From assembly GCA_963748445.1 (NCBI GenBank), contig CAVVIU010000002.1, positions 8,974-72,973 of the forward strand: a stretch of 64,000 nucleotides of DNA, in the 5' to 3' direction. A program made the position numbers and the translations under genes. Below, piece after piece: positions 41,245 to 51,466 of the stretch. The DNA comes from Methanobacteriota archaeon (GTDB lineage: Archaea; Halobacteriota; Bog-38; Methanoflorentales; Methanoflorentaceae). Below the pieces are notes generated by a model, which saw only the letters and a program-made list of their open reading frames with translations, did not search any database and was not told the origin of the DNA. Position 1 is the stretch's first letter. Each line of letters starts with the position of its first letter.

Positions 41245-42565
41245 ATGAACGAAATAAAAGTCGTACTAGATGACGATGAGATGCCCAGACGTTGGTATAA
41301 CATACAAGCCGACCTGCCGGTCAAGAATTGCGCCACCTCTCAATCCAAAAACTATGGAACCTGCAAAGCCTGAAGATTTACTGGCAATATTTCCAAAATC
41401 GCTTGTAATGCAAGAAGTAAGCAAAGAGAGGTATTTAGACATACCAGATGAAGTATTAGAAGCGTATTTCAGAGTAGGGCGCCCTACACCGCTCTACCGG
41501 GCCAAACGGCTTGAAGAATACCTTAAAACTCCTGCAAAGATTTACTACAAACGTGAAGATGTATCATTTGCCGGATCGCATAAACCAAATACCGCAATTG
41601 CTCAGGCTTACTTTAACATGACCGATGGAATCGAACAACTGACGACGGAAACTGGAGCAGGTCAATGGGGGACAGCTCTTGCGTTGGGGTGTTCGATGTT
41701 CGGACTTGGCTGTAAAGTATTCATGGTGAGGGTGAGCTATGATCAGAAGCCATATCGACGGACACTTATGAAGCTTTATGGTGCTGAAGTTATACCATCA
41801 CCCTCGAATCTTACAACGAGCGGAAGTGACATTCTTTCAAAGAATCCAAATCACCCTGGATCACTTGGACTTGCAATAAGCGAGGCTATAGAAACTTCAT
41901 TGGCTGCTGATAAGACCAAATACTCACTTGGTTCAGTTCTGGAGCACGTCCTGTTACATCAAACGATTATCGGCCAGGAGACTGTAGAACAACTAAACAA
42001 GATAGATACAACTCCAGACGTAATGATCGGGTGCGTGGGTGGCGGCTCGAATTTTTCAGGATTTATATATCCTCACCTTGGAGATCAGCTGCGAAAAGGC
42101 AGCAGCGAAACCAGATTTGTTGCCGTTGAACCCGAAAGTTGTCCCACGCTGACTAAGGGCGAATACAGATATGACCTTGGAGATGTAGCTGGTTTTACAC
42201 CTCTACTCAAAATGTATACGCTGGGACACGATTTTGTCCCCTCGCCGATCCACGCAGGCGGGCTTCGATATCACGGAGATGCTCAAAGTTTGAGCCTACT
42301 CAAGAACCTTGGCTACATAGATGCGGTGGCTTATAATCAGCTTCAAACTTTTGAAGCAGGCGCGCTGTTCCAGAGAACAGAAGGAATAAATCCAGCTCCA
42401 GAGACAAGTCATGCAATCAAAGCAGCTATCGATGAAGCATTAAAATGCAAACAAATAGGTGAACAGAAGACCATTGTGTTCAATTTGAGCGGTCACGGAT
42501 TGCTCGACTTACACGGATATCAGAAGTATCTTGATAACGAGCTTGAGAACAACGGAAATAATTAG
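41245..42565 (+). CDS. trpB: TrpB-like pyridoxal-phosphate enzyme (tryptophan synthase beta, TrpB2 type); frameshift near 41318
   Basis: [25 protein letters not shown] (ATG 41245) joins ORF 41270..42565 as [18 protein letters not shown]...[16 protein letters not shown]...[12 protein letters not shown]. Confidence 0.85.
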
Positions 42566-42685
42566 GCGCACGTTAATTTATTGCGTCACGAGTATGAGAA
42601 AGGGTGATGGGACAAAAAAGCAGATATACTCACCTAATTAAATGAGGCAGCTATGTAAGATATGGTTCAAGAAAGAGTTGCAATC

Positions 42686-42741
42686 TCGTCTTTCTTATTT
42701 CGAGCTAATCGTCTTTCTTATTTCGAGCTAATCGTCTTTCC
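42686..42741. repeat. 23-nt tandem duplication (2.4 copies) spanning the stop codon of the 42728..43177 gene
   Basis: TCGTCTTTCTTATTTCGAGCTAA at 42686-42708 and 42709-42731, followed by the partial copy TCGTCTTTC. Confidence 0.9.
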
Positions 42742-43177
42742 ATTGCTCCTGCATTTCGGGGTTGTCAGTGTACGCTTCTCTCTTTTTCTTGTATACTCTA
42801 TCTCTGCCTTCCATATACCAAACTTCTTCAGACGTAATTTCATCTTCCTCAGCAAGCTCATTCCGGCCTTCCGGCGTATATACTCCTTCTCCAGACGAGA
42901 GTTCTTTTTCTGTAATTTCTTTGTCATACTGGAAACCATAGTCTTTCTCGTCGCCCCAGTAGTCATGGTCAACCTCTTCTAGTATCTCACCTGTGTGATT
43001 TTCTTCACGTTCTTCTATTTTAGATTCAAGAGAGCCATCGTAGACTTCCATATCTTCTTTTTGATCTTCGCCTACAACTACTCCCAGATCTTTAGGTTTA
43101 ACACGTTTTAGGTCATCTTTTTCATCTAATAATGGCTTTCTTTTTTCCTTTTTTACGCCCGATTCCTCTTCTGCCAT
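42728..43177 (-). CDS. acidic hypothetical protein
   Basis: 149 aa, very rich in Glu/Asp/Lys, with no recognisable domain. Confidence 0.4.
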   Translation of the reverse strand: MAEEESGVKKEKRKPLLDEKDDLKRVKPKDLGVVVGEDQKEDMEVYDGSLESKIEEREENHTGEILEEVDHDYWGDEKDYGFQYDKEITEKELSSGEGVYTPEGRNELAEEDEITSEEVWYMEGRDRVYKKKREAYTDNPEMQEQWKDD

Positions 43178-43365
43178 CTGTACCCCTCACTTACAAATTA
43201 CGTTTCACTCTTAAAAAGTGTTATTATTCATAAAGAATGACATCAATGCATTAATTTGTTACTATCGTTTTTGTCTTTAATAACTCTCATTTCTAACATT
43301 AATGAGGAGCTTAATAGTTTATTGTAAACGATAATAAGCAGTGATAAAAATAAGAAGTTATCCTA

Positions 43366-44524
43366 TCATTTGAGTTGTTCTATCCACTTCTTAAAGAGCT
43401 CATATTGGGTGTACAAATCTAAAACATCTATACCAATTGGATCTTTAAAGTACATCGCAAGTTTTTTTACTACACCCACGATTCCTTTACGTTTAGCGAG
43501 CTCCATTAACCGGATAAGATCGATTACAAGTGGTGCGGCGAGAATACTGTCACATCCTTGCCAAGTAAACTGCATATTCATACGATGATTCAAGAAACCT
43601 CTAAATGCAATAAAGTCCCAAGCTACTTTGTGATCAATAAGAGGCGGGAAGTAGTCGATTCGGCTGCCAAGATGAGGCTCATATCCTAACATTTTTGGCA
43701 CGACACTTGTTTTCGTTATAAGCTTAGATTGCTTATTCTCCGGATTATTCAAAATACGTCCATCTAAGTTGCCAAGGATATTGCTTCCATACCACCCTTC
43801 GATTACAAGATTACGCAACTTAAACATCGGAACTAACGCAGTTTTTACAAGTGTTTCGCCAGTTTTGCCATCTTTGCCGCAATGTGGAACTCCTTCTTTT
43901 TCAGCAAGTTCTTTTATTGCCGGAATATCATTTCCCAAGAGACGGTGTAAAGTTAATGTAGGGCATACCATTTTTGATAGCACAATAGGCATAAATCGAG
44001 CTTGCAGGTATTCTTTTAGAGCCCCTCTGTATTGCATTTTCAAATTTATCCAGAGTAGAATAATCATCGTGTGGTGGGAAAAAAGGCTCTGTAGACGCAA
44101 GATTTACCACGATGCAATCCTCACCACTCGCAAACTCGTAAAGCTCATTCGACACTTGCTCTTGTGCTTCGCTCAACGTTAGCTGCTTATTTTCACACAG
44201 TGACGAAATCGCACTTCCGCAGTTGTTTAATATGCCACATTTCACAGGAATCGCGTCAAGTTCATCCTTTAATTCTGAAAGTTGATAAACATTAAAGGTA
44301 CCGTTGTCTCGAAAATTTTGATACGCAGCATCGTGAAGGGCTATACTCCTTATGTCATGCCCTCCAAATTCTAAGTCGTCCAATCCTACGAGATTGCATT
44401 CTTTAAAATACTCTCCTTCTGTAGGGACCCCTGTATTTGAACTCAGCCCGTTTCGTATTGCAAGAGTACCTACTATCGTAGTTGTAGCAACTGCACCTTT
44501 TATGCCTATTATCCACACTTTCAT
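43366..44524 (-). CDS. ino1: inositol-3-phosphate synthase (archaeal type); frameshift near 43933
   Basis: MKVWIIGIKGAVATTTIVG (NAD-binding N-terminus). ...YINFTPSLG joins NDIPAIKELAEKEGVPHCGKDGKTGETLVKT...IEGWYGSNILGN. Confidence 0.8.
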
Positions 44525-45102
44525 GCTGAGCTAAGTCTCTCGTTAATCTATAAAAATTCTTTTAAAAATAAAAGCATCCCAGTTTAAATCACGAATGAGT
44601 CGAGCTGTGATGTTGACTTCTGCCTGCAATCTATTTTAATGATTGAGATTGCAGAAAGATGAGGTTCAAACATGATCTGCAAATTTCTACGTAGTTGTTG
44701 TTGATTATTTGCGTTACTAACATAGGGTGCTTTATGTTTGATCTAGAGCAAAGTTCTGCAACTAAATCGTAGTAAGATATCTTACTACTGAATTAATCAT
44801 CTGTTGATTAAAACGAGCATCTGTGGTTAATAGCGTTAGTTCTCGGAACGGCGAATTTTAACAAAAATTCGGGCATGAAACGTAACTTGGCCATAAACTA
44901 CGTTTGTTCTCAACAATACTAACAATGCAAAGCTTGTTGATGAAATCGTCCTAGTCAAAAAATTCAGCGATTAGATGATTCGATATTTTCTTTTTTATGA
45001 GTCTAAATTTAGTATCTTTCTATGTTGGAATTTAAAAATTTTTATTTGCTGACTTACGTGAATAACTTTTGGGAAACAATCAAAGTGCAAGAAAAAGAGG
45101 GA

Positions 45103-45303
45103 TTACTTCTTTTTCTTTTCCTCTGGTTTTTCACATATTCCTTCTTCGTCCGGACCTAAGTCGCAAACTTCGAGTTTATTCCTGTCTTCTAGCTCCTTTT
45201 TCGTCCCGTAATTGGCGTCGTAACCCACAATGTCGGTTTCATTTTCAGTTCCTGATTTGATATCTTTTTCAAATTTGTACTCTTTCTTTTTTTCTTCAGG
45301 CAT
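45103..45303 (-). CDS. small charged hypothetical protein
   Basis: 66 aa with Lys/Glu-rich termini. Weak coding evidence only. Confidence 0.25.
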   Translation of the reverse strand: MPEEKKKEYKFEKDIKSGTENETDIVGYDANYGTKKELEDRNKLEVCDLGPDEEGICEKPEEKKKK

Positions 45304-45636
45304 GTCGTTACACCCAGTGTAGTTGATGGACGTGATCTCTTTAATTTTTATCGGTCCATTGTCTAACCGATTTTTTTTATGTCCCTTTAATATTATTGAA
45401 GATAAGACAATGTAAGCACGAGCGGAATTTTTAGTTCAAAATTGGCTTTCTTTTGGCTTTATTATTCATAATTACTTATAGTTTAGAACTTTTCATTAAA
45501 GATATAACAGGCGATGAATAATTCAGCGGAGTTACATAAATAGTTCCAACTTTTTGTCATGATACTATTATATGGTAAGTTAACTATACTATCATACACA
45601 GAGGGAGATGATTCAATTCCGAGTCTAAACAGTTCA

Positions 45637-46899
45637 ATGAAGGTAAACTTTGTAAGCTCATTTCCCCCAAGGCAATGCGGAATCGCTACTTTTACTAGAG
45701 ATTTAGCTGACAATATTTCAAAAGTTTCAAATAAAGTTTTTTGGAACGTTAGCGCAATAGAACAGTGTAAAAAGAATTTAAACTTATTATCTACTACACG
45801 GTATCCCGTAGTAAAAATATTTCAAACGCTAAAAGATTGCGATTTTTCGACGTATCTACAAGCTGCTAATAAAATAAACTCTTCTAAAATTGATGTAGTT
45901 AACATACAACATGAATTTGGACTCTATAAAGGGGATTATGGAGAATATATACTCAGCTTCTTAGAGAGGTTAGAGAAACCGGTTGTCACGACCTTTCACA
46001 CTGTTTTACCAGATCCTCCCTACGCAATGAAGAGTATTGTAAAAAAAATATACGATCTTTCAGATAAAATTGTCGTCTCTGCTAACGTAGGAGTCGATAT
46101 ATTAAAAAGCACGTTTCAGCTTCCTCTTACAAAACTAACTGTCATTCCTCACGGGGTACCTGATGTTCCCTTCATAGACACTGAAAGACCGAAAAAATAC
46201 ATTGGATTACCGGGCAAATTTGTAATAGGAAGCTATGGATTACTCAATCCTGATAAAGGGATTGAATATGTTCTTGAAGCACTGCCACAGATCATCGACA
46301 ATAATCCAGATAAGGATATTGTGTATATGATCGTCGGGGCATTACACCCTGCGCTGGAAAAATCTGTGAGAGACGGATATCGCCAGCTATTAAGAGATAT
46401 TGTCAAAGAGCTAGGATTGAAAAAGAACGTTAAATTTGTCGAAAGATATCTCTCTAATAGGGATATGATATTGCACTTCTTAGCGACTGATCTCTGTGCA
46501 ATCACCAATATGAATCGCAAACAAATATCGAGTGGGGTGCTGTCACAAGCAATAGGCTGTGGTAAACCCATCGTTGCAACAAGATTTATGCACGCAGCAG
46601 AAGCTCTCGCTGACGGTAAAGGTCTTCTAGTTGACTTTGGTGATGTGGATAGTCTGTCTAACCAGCTGAGCTTTCTTGTAAGTAATGCTGCGTTACGAAA
46701 GAATATGGCGCTTAACACTTACCGTTATGGAAGGACAATTACTTGGAGCGAAGTTGCAAAAATGTACATCAATGCTTTCAGTAGAGTAAAAGCTCCTAAA
46801 GTCGTCACTCCATCGGTAACACCATTGAGAAGTTATGATACTCTCAGAAAGCCAATAGATAAAATTCACACTATTGAAGAGAAGAAGACTAAGCTTTGA
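45637..46899 (+). CDS. glycosyltransferase family 4 (GT-B)
   Basis: MKVNFVSSFPPRQCGIATFTRDL N-terminus; the C-terminal half has an EX7E-like region. ORF 45559..46899, with the internal start preferred. Confidence 0.75.
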   Translation: MKVNFVSSFPPRQCGIATFTRDLADNISKVSNKVFWNVSAIEQCKKNLNLLSTTRYPVVKIFQTLKDCDFSTYLQAANKINSSKIDVVNIQHEFGLYKGDYGEYILSFLERLEKPVVTTFHTVLPDPPYAMKSIVKKIYDLSDKIVVSANVGVDILKSTFQLPLTKLTVIPHGVPDVPFIDTERPKKYIGLPGKFVIGSYGLLNPDKGIEYVLEALPQIIDNNPDKDIVYMIVGALHPALEKSVRDGYRQLLRDIVKELGLKKNVKFVERYLSNRDMILHFLATDLCAITNMNRKQISSGVLSQAIGCGKPIVATRFMHAAEALADGKGLLVDFGDVDSLSNQLSFLVSNAALRKNMALNTYRYGRTITWSEVAKMYINAFSRVKAPKVVTPSVTPLRSYDTLRKPIDKIHTIEEKKTKL

Positions 46900-47043
46900 T
46901 TTCCACTCGCTCTGGTTTTAGTCTTTTAAAAGTGTGTTTAATAAACAGCAATATAGCTAAAATCCAACTTAAAAATTTAAATTTAACCATTTTTGTTTGA
47001 AGTACTGTTTGACCTAATACTATTTGAAACTGAATTCTCTTTG

Positions 47044-47406
47044 TCACATTAAGTCCATCTTCCTGAGTGACTCAAACGATTCGGCACAATATGTTGTAAT
47101 TTCACTTAACGCCTCGCCAAAACACTGTCTCGCTTCTTCATATTCCTTCAGGTCAATTCTTCCAATTGATTCTGTCAGCTTTCTCGAAGTTTTAGAAAAA
47201 ATTACCTTAGATCCAAGTACATTTCGAGCTATTTGTATATCAGTCAAAATAGCATTAATATAGGCTTCTATAATTTTCTTTCCGCCATTAAACTCATCAT
47301 CCTTTAAACCTATTAGCTGTTCGAATAGTTGATGCGCTATTGACACTTCAGCTTTTATCCTCTCTGCGTACTGAAACTTATAGATTAAATCTTTTGAGCT
47401 AACCAT
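47044..47406 (-). CDS. hypothetical helical protein
   Basis: 120-aa ORF with no recognisable motif. Confidence 0.35.
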   Translation of the reverse strand: MVSSKDLIYKFQYAERIKAEVSIAHQLFEQLIGLKDDEFNGGKKIIEAYINAILTDIQIARNVLGSKVIFSKTSRKLTESIGRIDLKEYEEARQCFGEALSEITTYCAESFESLRKMDLM

Positions 47407-48497
47407 GCAATCTCCTCAGAGTGTGTTATATCTTAATCCACGTTTATAAGCTTTTTAAAGTCTTTGCTTGAACGTCAAGATATAATATTCATGCAGCCTT
47501 TGTTGAGTATTAACGTGCCGGAATACTCGGTATGAACACGAGTTGTTAGAGGTTTGGGAACCCCACAACCTGAAAGGTCTGAAAATCACTTGAAATCCCC
47601 GATGCCATCCCTCTTCAACGAAGATGATATTATTGATTTACAGACTCAATGCGTGCGAAAATTGTTATGGAAATCTTACAGTTTATCTTCGCTCGATTGT
47701 GACTGAGTCCATTTATTAACGAGAAGCGACGGTGTCTCAAGCCACTGTAAAATGGGTGGGACGCGATGCCTATGCGGTGATATTCCCATAGTTCAATCAG
47801 ACGCTATGTGGTAAAACGCAGGAATGCAAGCGCATCAGCGGCCTGCGATGCCTTACGTAAACTTTCAAGAAATAAGAGGGAAAATGGGGAGGAAAAAGTC
47901 AGGAAATCATTGGATATCACCCACCTAATATGAAGAGGCAATTTTCACCACAACCAGCTCTAAGGCGGTTTCGTGCTGTTGCAGATAATGTTGTTTATTA
48001 GAAGGAGGTTCCAAACATAGGATTTTAGTGTGTTTGGTTGAGACGCCGAGCTCACAGGATGTTTATTTCTCTCTCGTATCTCTTCAATCGTCTTCTTCAA
48101 TTCACTCTCGTGTTTTATTTATTATCACGATCTCAGCACTAAATCACGATGCATCAGTTTATGGGATTGAATGCTGCTCACGATTATATCCCGATAACTC
48201 CTACCTGCACTCTGCTATACCAAGTTATTTGAATAAATAACAAACAAGAATTCGGTTTTTTTTACTATTAACGTCCACAGTGTGTCACCGCTTTTCAAGC
48301 TTTCAGAGCTGTCTGATTTTTTTAAGTTCGCTCTATTTTGTGGACTAAAGACGATTAATTTGATTATTATATTGGTGTAGGTACAGCAACGTTAGGACAG
48401 CACATTCATAAGTGTCTTAGAGATTACCTTGAAGTCACAAAAATTCAGGCATAACCTAAGGGAGATATTATAGGAGGAGTTAGGTATTTGCATATAG

Positions 48498-49878
48498 TCA
48501 CGCTTTGGCAAATTTATTAAAATTCGTGTTCTGCTCAAACTGGTATGCAATATTAAACAAGGTCGACTCGTCAAACATATCCCCTATAATTTGCATTCCT
48601 ATCGGTAGGCCGTTTTTAAACCCACAAGGAACTGAAAGAGAAGGAACATTTGCAATGTTTATAGGAACGGTATTGATGTCAACCAAGTACAGTGAAAGCG
48701 GATCCTCGATCTTCTCTCCTATCTTAAAAGCAACATACGGCATCGTCGGGGCTACCAAGGCGTCAAAATTTTTGAAAGCTCTCTTGAAATCATTTCGGAT
48801 CAGTGATCGGGCCGCAAGGGCTTTTATGTAATACTTGTCGTAGTAACCTGCTGAAAGTGCATAAGTTCCGAGCAATATCCTCCTTTTGACCTCCTTTCCA
48901 AAGCCAAGGGATCTGCTCTGTGAAAAAGTCGTATGCCAGTCGTGATCTTTTTGAACTCTATAACCATAGATTATACCGCTAGTATCTCGCGAGATTTGAT
49001 GATGCCTCACACATCGCTTGAACGTAATAAGCAGATAATGAATACTTCAAATGTGGAAGACCAATCTCTTCATAGCTTACTCCCATTGCTTCTAGAGCGT
49101 TTATCGAATCCCAAACAGCCCGTTCTACGTCTGAATCTATTCCCTCACCAAAAAATTCACTTGGAATCCCTATCTTTAAACCCTTGAGTTCTTTGCTAAG
49201 TAGTTTGGAATAGCTCGGAACGGGGACGTCAACACATGTATTATCACGCGGGTCATACCCCGCCAAAACTTCAAACAATAAAGCGCACTCCGGCACAGTT
49301 CTTGCCATAGGCCCTATTTGTTCGAGAGAGTTACCGTATGAGACAAGTCCAAACCTTGAAACCCTTCCGTATGTCGGTTTGAGTCCCACAATTCCGCAAA
49401 ATGACGCCGGACATCGTATTGACCCACCTGTATCAGAACCCAGAGCCATATCAGCCTCCAACGACGCAAGCGCAGCTGCGCTTCCACCTGAAGATCCGCC
49501 AGGAACCCGTGAGATATCCCACGGATTTAAGCACGTGCCAAAATAGCTAGTTTCTGTCGATGTTCCCATCGAGAATTCATCCATATTCGTCTTGCCCAGA
49601 ATTATCGCACCTTCCTCGCGCAACTTCTTTACTACGAAAGCATCATAAGGAGGTACGTAGTTTTCGAGCATACGCGATGCACAAGTGGTTCTTAAGCCTT
49701 TTGTTGATATCGCATCCTTTACCGCAACAGGAACCCCTGCGAGCTTGCCATCCAACTCTCCCGAATCTGCTCGTTCAGCTTGCTCCCGCGCGTGGATATG
49801 ATCCACTGTGATATAGGCATTGAGATTACTTTTTGCTATCCGAGTGAGCATTTCCTCAACGCGTTCAACGTGACTCAT
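48498..49878 (-). CDS. gatA: Asp-tRNA(Asn)/Glu-tRNA(Gln) amidotransferase subunit A; frameshift near 48980
   Basis: Amidase signature GGSSGGSAAALA with GSDTGGSIRCPASFCG. EASSNLARY joins .GIIYGYRV...GFGKEVKRRILLGTYALSAGYYD. Confidence 0.9.
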
Positions 49879-50144
49879 AATATCCTCGGACCTTTGAAAT
49901 ATCCATCCTCTGTTTTGGGTGCATTAAAAAGGGCTTCTTCCTGAGATAAGCTTGGAAGGACTTCATCGGCCCTCAGCTCGTTAAGCCACTCTTTATCTGT
50001 CTCAGGTGCTTTCTGTATCTCTGAGAGCTCGTCAAAGTACGACAGTATCGAGTTAAATTGAACGGTAAACTCTTGAAAATCATCTTCGCTAAGTTCTATA
50101 CACGCGAGCCTCGCTATGTGTTCTACGTGCGATTTAAGTATCAT
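49875..50144 (-). CDS. gatC: Asp-tRNA(Asn)/Glu-tRNA(Gln) amidotransferase subunit C
   Basis: 89 aa. HIARLACIELSEDDFQEFTVQFNSILSYFDEL...LRADE. Overlaps gatA by 4 nt. Confidence 0.85.
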   Translation of the reverse strand: MILKSHVEHIARLACIELSEDDFQEFTVQFNSILSYFDELSEIQKAPETDKEWLNELRADEVLPSLSQEEALFNAPKTEDGYFKGPRIL

Positions 50145-51466
50145 TCAGCCACCCGAATATTATTCTCTTCAGCCACCGCTTTGAGATACCTGCCTACGAT
50201 ACCTCTCTTATCTTCCTGCCTGCAAAAATAATTCCGCGCCAACGTATTTAAGACTCGACTCACGCCCGAGCCATATTGCATCGCCTTTTTGTCCCGATAG
50301 GCTATTTGATCTGGTAAGAATCTAGCTGCAGCTTTTCTTAAAATATACTTATTGATGCCGTCTTTTATTTTCAATTCTACTGCAATTTTCGAGGCGAAAT
50401 TCACGACGTTAAGATCAAGATATGGAAGTATTAGTTCCACCGTGTTAGACGAGGCGATCAAGTTATCTCGTTCCAAGTTGTTCCGTGCTATGTTTAGGAT
50501 GTCCTGTCTCATCATTTCAGAGAGCACATGTTGTGAGGATCCGTGAGCATTGAGGTGTCTCTTATATCCCCCGAAGAGTTCATCTGCTCCTTGCCCAGTT
50601 ATAACCAGCCTATTCCCATCTTTTCGTGAAGAATTAAAAATCGCATATAAAGGGATGGCTATTGCTACGTCTACGGGATTATGACTTTCTATTGCTCTTA
50701 TAACTTGAGGGATGAGATACTCGATGTCAGCTAATGTCAATTGTATTATCCTGATGTCTGCATTCAGTAGGCGTGCTGAATTCATTGCACCTTTTATGTC
50801 GTGCGAATCAGCTATTCCTACCGTATACAAGATCGTGTCTTCTCGATCCTCTAATAATGCCCACAAAACCGTGCTGTCGACTCCACCTGAAAAAGCGAGT
50901 CCGATATTGCAGTTCGAATGTTTGTTTATCGTCGCTTTTAATAATTTTACTAACTCGTCAACAGCGTACATCTCGTCGTAAATAACAGCAGTGTCTCGAA
51001 GAGGGTGATAAATTCTCCTACGCTTTTCAATAGTGTTTAAATCGCTAATGTCGATTATTTGACCGGGTTCAACTCTCTCCGTATGATCGATTTCGATCTC
51101 CCACAACGCCTTTCTCTCAGACGCAAAGGCAAGTGTGCTTGCAATAGCGTCTATTCCATAAAACAGCGGCTTGACCCCAACAATGTCTCGTTCCAATCTG
51201 ATATATCTTGAATTGTTGACTGTTACTTTCGCAAATTGTGCTTGAGGGCAGCCGTCGCATGCTGTTGGGCGTCCTTTTGTTGTTTCAGGTTGGAGCCGCG
51301 AGGCGTCTTGTTGCAGAGCAACTGCTCCAACAGAATATTCTACTCCATTAACCAAGTGTCCGAAAAAAACTTGACCGCGATATAGACCTCCATGCTGTAG
51401 GACATCGAGCATCAGGGCAACTTGTTCCTCTGACTTTCTCCCAATTACACCTGCTATTCCTGGCAA
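50141..51466 (-). CDS. asparagine synthetase B-like PP-loop ATPase lacking the N-terminal Cys nucleophile
   Basis: SGGVDS PP-loop (GLAFSGGVDSTV) and GQGADELFGGY. The N-terminus reads (TTG)-PGIAGVIG instead of MCGI.G, with RBS GAGGAG 6 nt upstream. Confidence 0.7.
   Translation of the reverse strand: MPGIAGVIGRKSEEQVALMLDVLQHGGLYRGQVFFGHLVNGVEYSVGAVALQQDASRLQPETTKGRPTACDGCPQAQFAKVTVNNSRYIRLERDIVGVKPLFYGIDAIASTLAFASERKALWEIEIDHTERVEPGQIIDISDLNTIEKRRRIYHPLRDTAVIYDEMYAVDELVKLLKATINKHSNCNIGLAFSGGVDSTVLWALLEDREDTILYTVGIADSHDIKGAMNSARLLNADIRIIQLTLADIEYLIPQVIRAIESHNPVDVAIAIPLYAIFNSSRKDGNRLVITGQGADELFGGYKRHLNAHGSSQHVLSEMMRQDILNIARNNLERDNLIASSNTVELILPYLDLNVVNFASKIAVELKIKDGINKYILRKAAARFLPDQIAYRDKKAMQYGSGVSRVLNTLARNYFCRQEDKRGIVGRYLKAVAEENNIRVAE

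Noticed and set aside
47884-47925. GGGGAGGAAAAAGTCAGG resembling the RNase P RNA CR-I motif (GAGGAAAGUCC)
   Set aside because: The match is inexact. No ACAGAA/CR-IV-V partner or P4 complement was found on either strand, and the surrounding sequence is not GC-enriched as structural RNAs are in this genome.
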